Assembly: GCF_006345805.1 (NCBI RefSeq)
Contig: NC_043015.1
Coordinates: 19,468,001-19,532,000 of the forward strand
Direction of reading: 5' to 3'
DNA: 64,000 nt
Source of the DNA: Octopus sinensis
Lineage: Eukaryota
Notes under the pieces: model-generated
Databases searched by the model: none
The model's input: the letters and a program-made list of their open reading frames with translations, nothing else
Told to the model about the DNA's origin: nothing
Shown: positions 62,880 through 64,000 of the stretch, piece after piece
Numbering within the stretch: the stretch's first letter is position 1
Layout: each line of letters begins with the position of its first letter
Position numbers and translations under genes: made by a program

Positions 62880-63044
62880 TGTGTGTCAAATTAGTGTTTA
62901 TATGTATGTGTGTGTAAAATGAGTGTTTATATGTGTGTATGTGTGTGTGTGTGTGTGTGAAATTAGTGTTTATATGTATGTGTGCGTTTGTGTGTGAAAT
63001 TACTGTTTATATTTATGTGTGCGTTTGTGTGTGAAATTAACGTT

Positions 63045-63084
<40 letters not shown>

Positions 63085-63330
63085 GTGTGTGTGTGTGTTG
63101 TGTGTGTGTGTATGTGAGTCTGAAATTAGTGCTTATATGTGTGTGTATATGTGTGTGAAATTAGTGTTTATGTGTGTGTGTGTGTGTGTCTGTGTGTGAA
63201 ATTAGTGCTTATATGTGTGTGTGTATGAAATTAGTGTTTATATGTGTGTGTGTATGTATGTGTGAAATTAGTATTTATATGTGTGTGTGTGTGTGTATGA
63301 AATTAGTGTTTATATGTGTGTGTGTGCGTG
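62880..63330. repeat. Compound minisatellite: about 11 cores of gaaattagtgtttatat separated by variable (GT)n
   Basis: Cores at about 62886, 62916, 62957, 62995, 63033, 63121, 63156, 63198, 63227, 63264 and 63299. Confidence 0.85.
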
Positions 63331-64000
63331 TGTACGTGTGTGTAAACGTACACATGCATAAACACCAGACACACAAACACTTCATGCGTTAGTGACTTCG
63401 GCTTTGTTTCCTAACAGCTTGATAACCGATGCTGGTTAATTTACGTCACTTGTCTCTGTAGTGACTTATCAGTTTGGGCAACAAATGTGCCTTAAAAATA
63501 TTTAATGAGGATAATGGCGATATCATCGACCAAATCTTTGAAGGTGGTGCCTCAGTAGTTAAGAAGAAAAAAAACTATATATACATGTGTGGTGTGTGTG
63601 AATACATACGTTTATGTAGAGAGAGAGAGAGGGAGAGAGAGGGAGAGAGAGAGAGAGAGAGAAGAATGTGAAACAGTTCAACATATTTTTGCTTCACAAG
63701 CCAACGTCACGTATTTCTTTCTGTCAGATTATGTCACAGAACCGGTTCTTCTACATTAAGCTTCGACCTCTGACTGAATAAATCTGTAAGATTTGATCGG
63801 GTTTAACAATTACGGCAACATTCACACTGCTTATAACGATACATAGACAGACAGATAGACAGGCACACACACACACCACACACACACACACACAGCCAAG
63901 AAGCTGGATAGAGAGACGGACAGACGGACAGAAGACAGCTAGCCAGACAGATAAACAGACCACAAGAGAGATAGAAAAACAGACAGCTAGACAGAGAAAC

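Noticed and set aside
62880-63330. CRISPR-like repeat-spacer appearance
   Set aside because: The spacers are (GT)n microsatellite rather than unique sequence, and the repeats are short and degenerate.

Overview
This is repeat-dense eukaryotic genomic DNA, most likely from a cephalopod (octopus-like; inferred from the SINE/LINE types and the extreme TA/GT/GATA microsatellite load). It has one 100-N assembly gap at 32572-32671. Most ORFs in the supplied track are microsatellite or antisense artefacts. The only well-supported host-gene sequence is one minus-strand exon of a PP2C phosphatase of the PPM1L type (21879-22047), plus a few weaker exon candidates. The rest is mainly transposable elements. 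These include one dominant RTE-clade LINE family with a PHD-type zinc finger inside its RT ORF, present as one near-intact copy and about six decayed copies, one with a tandemly amplified 3' UTR. There are also other RTE, CR1/L2, Tx1 and R4-like LINE fragments, mariner, hAT, piggyBac and Helitron remnants, tRNA-derived SINEs, and Penelope-like remnants. Two of the Penelope-like remnants form near-perfect palindromes carrying hammerhead-ribozyme cores. All calls come from reading the sequence by eye, without database searches. Coordinates of decayed elements are approximate.
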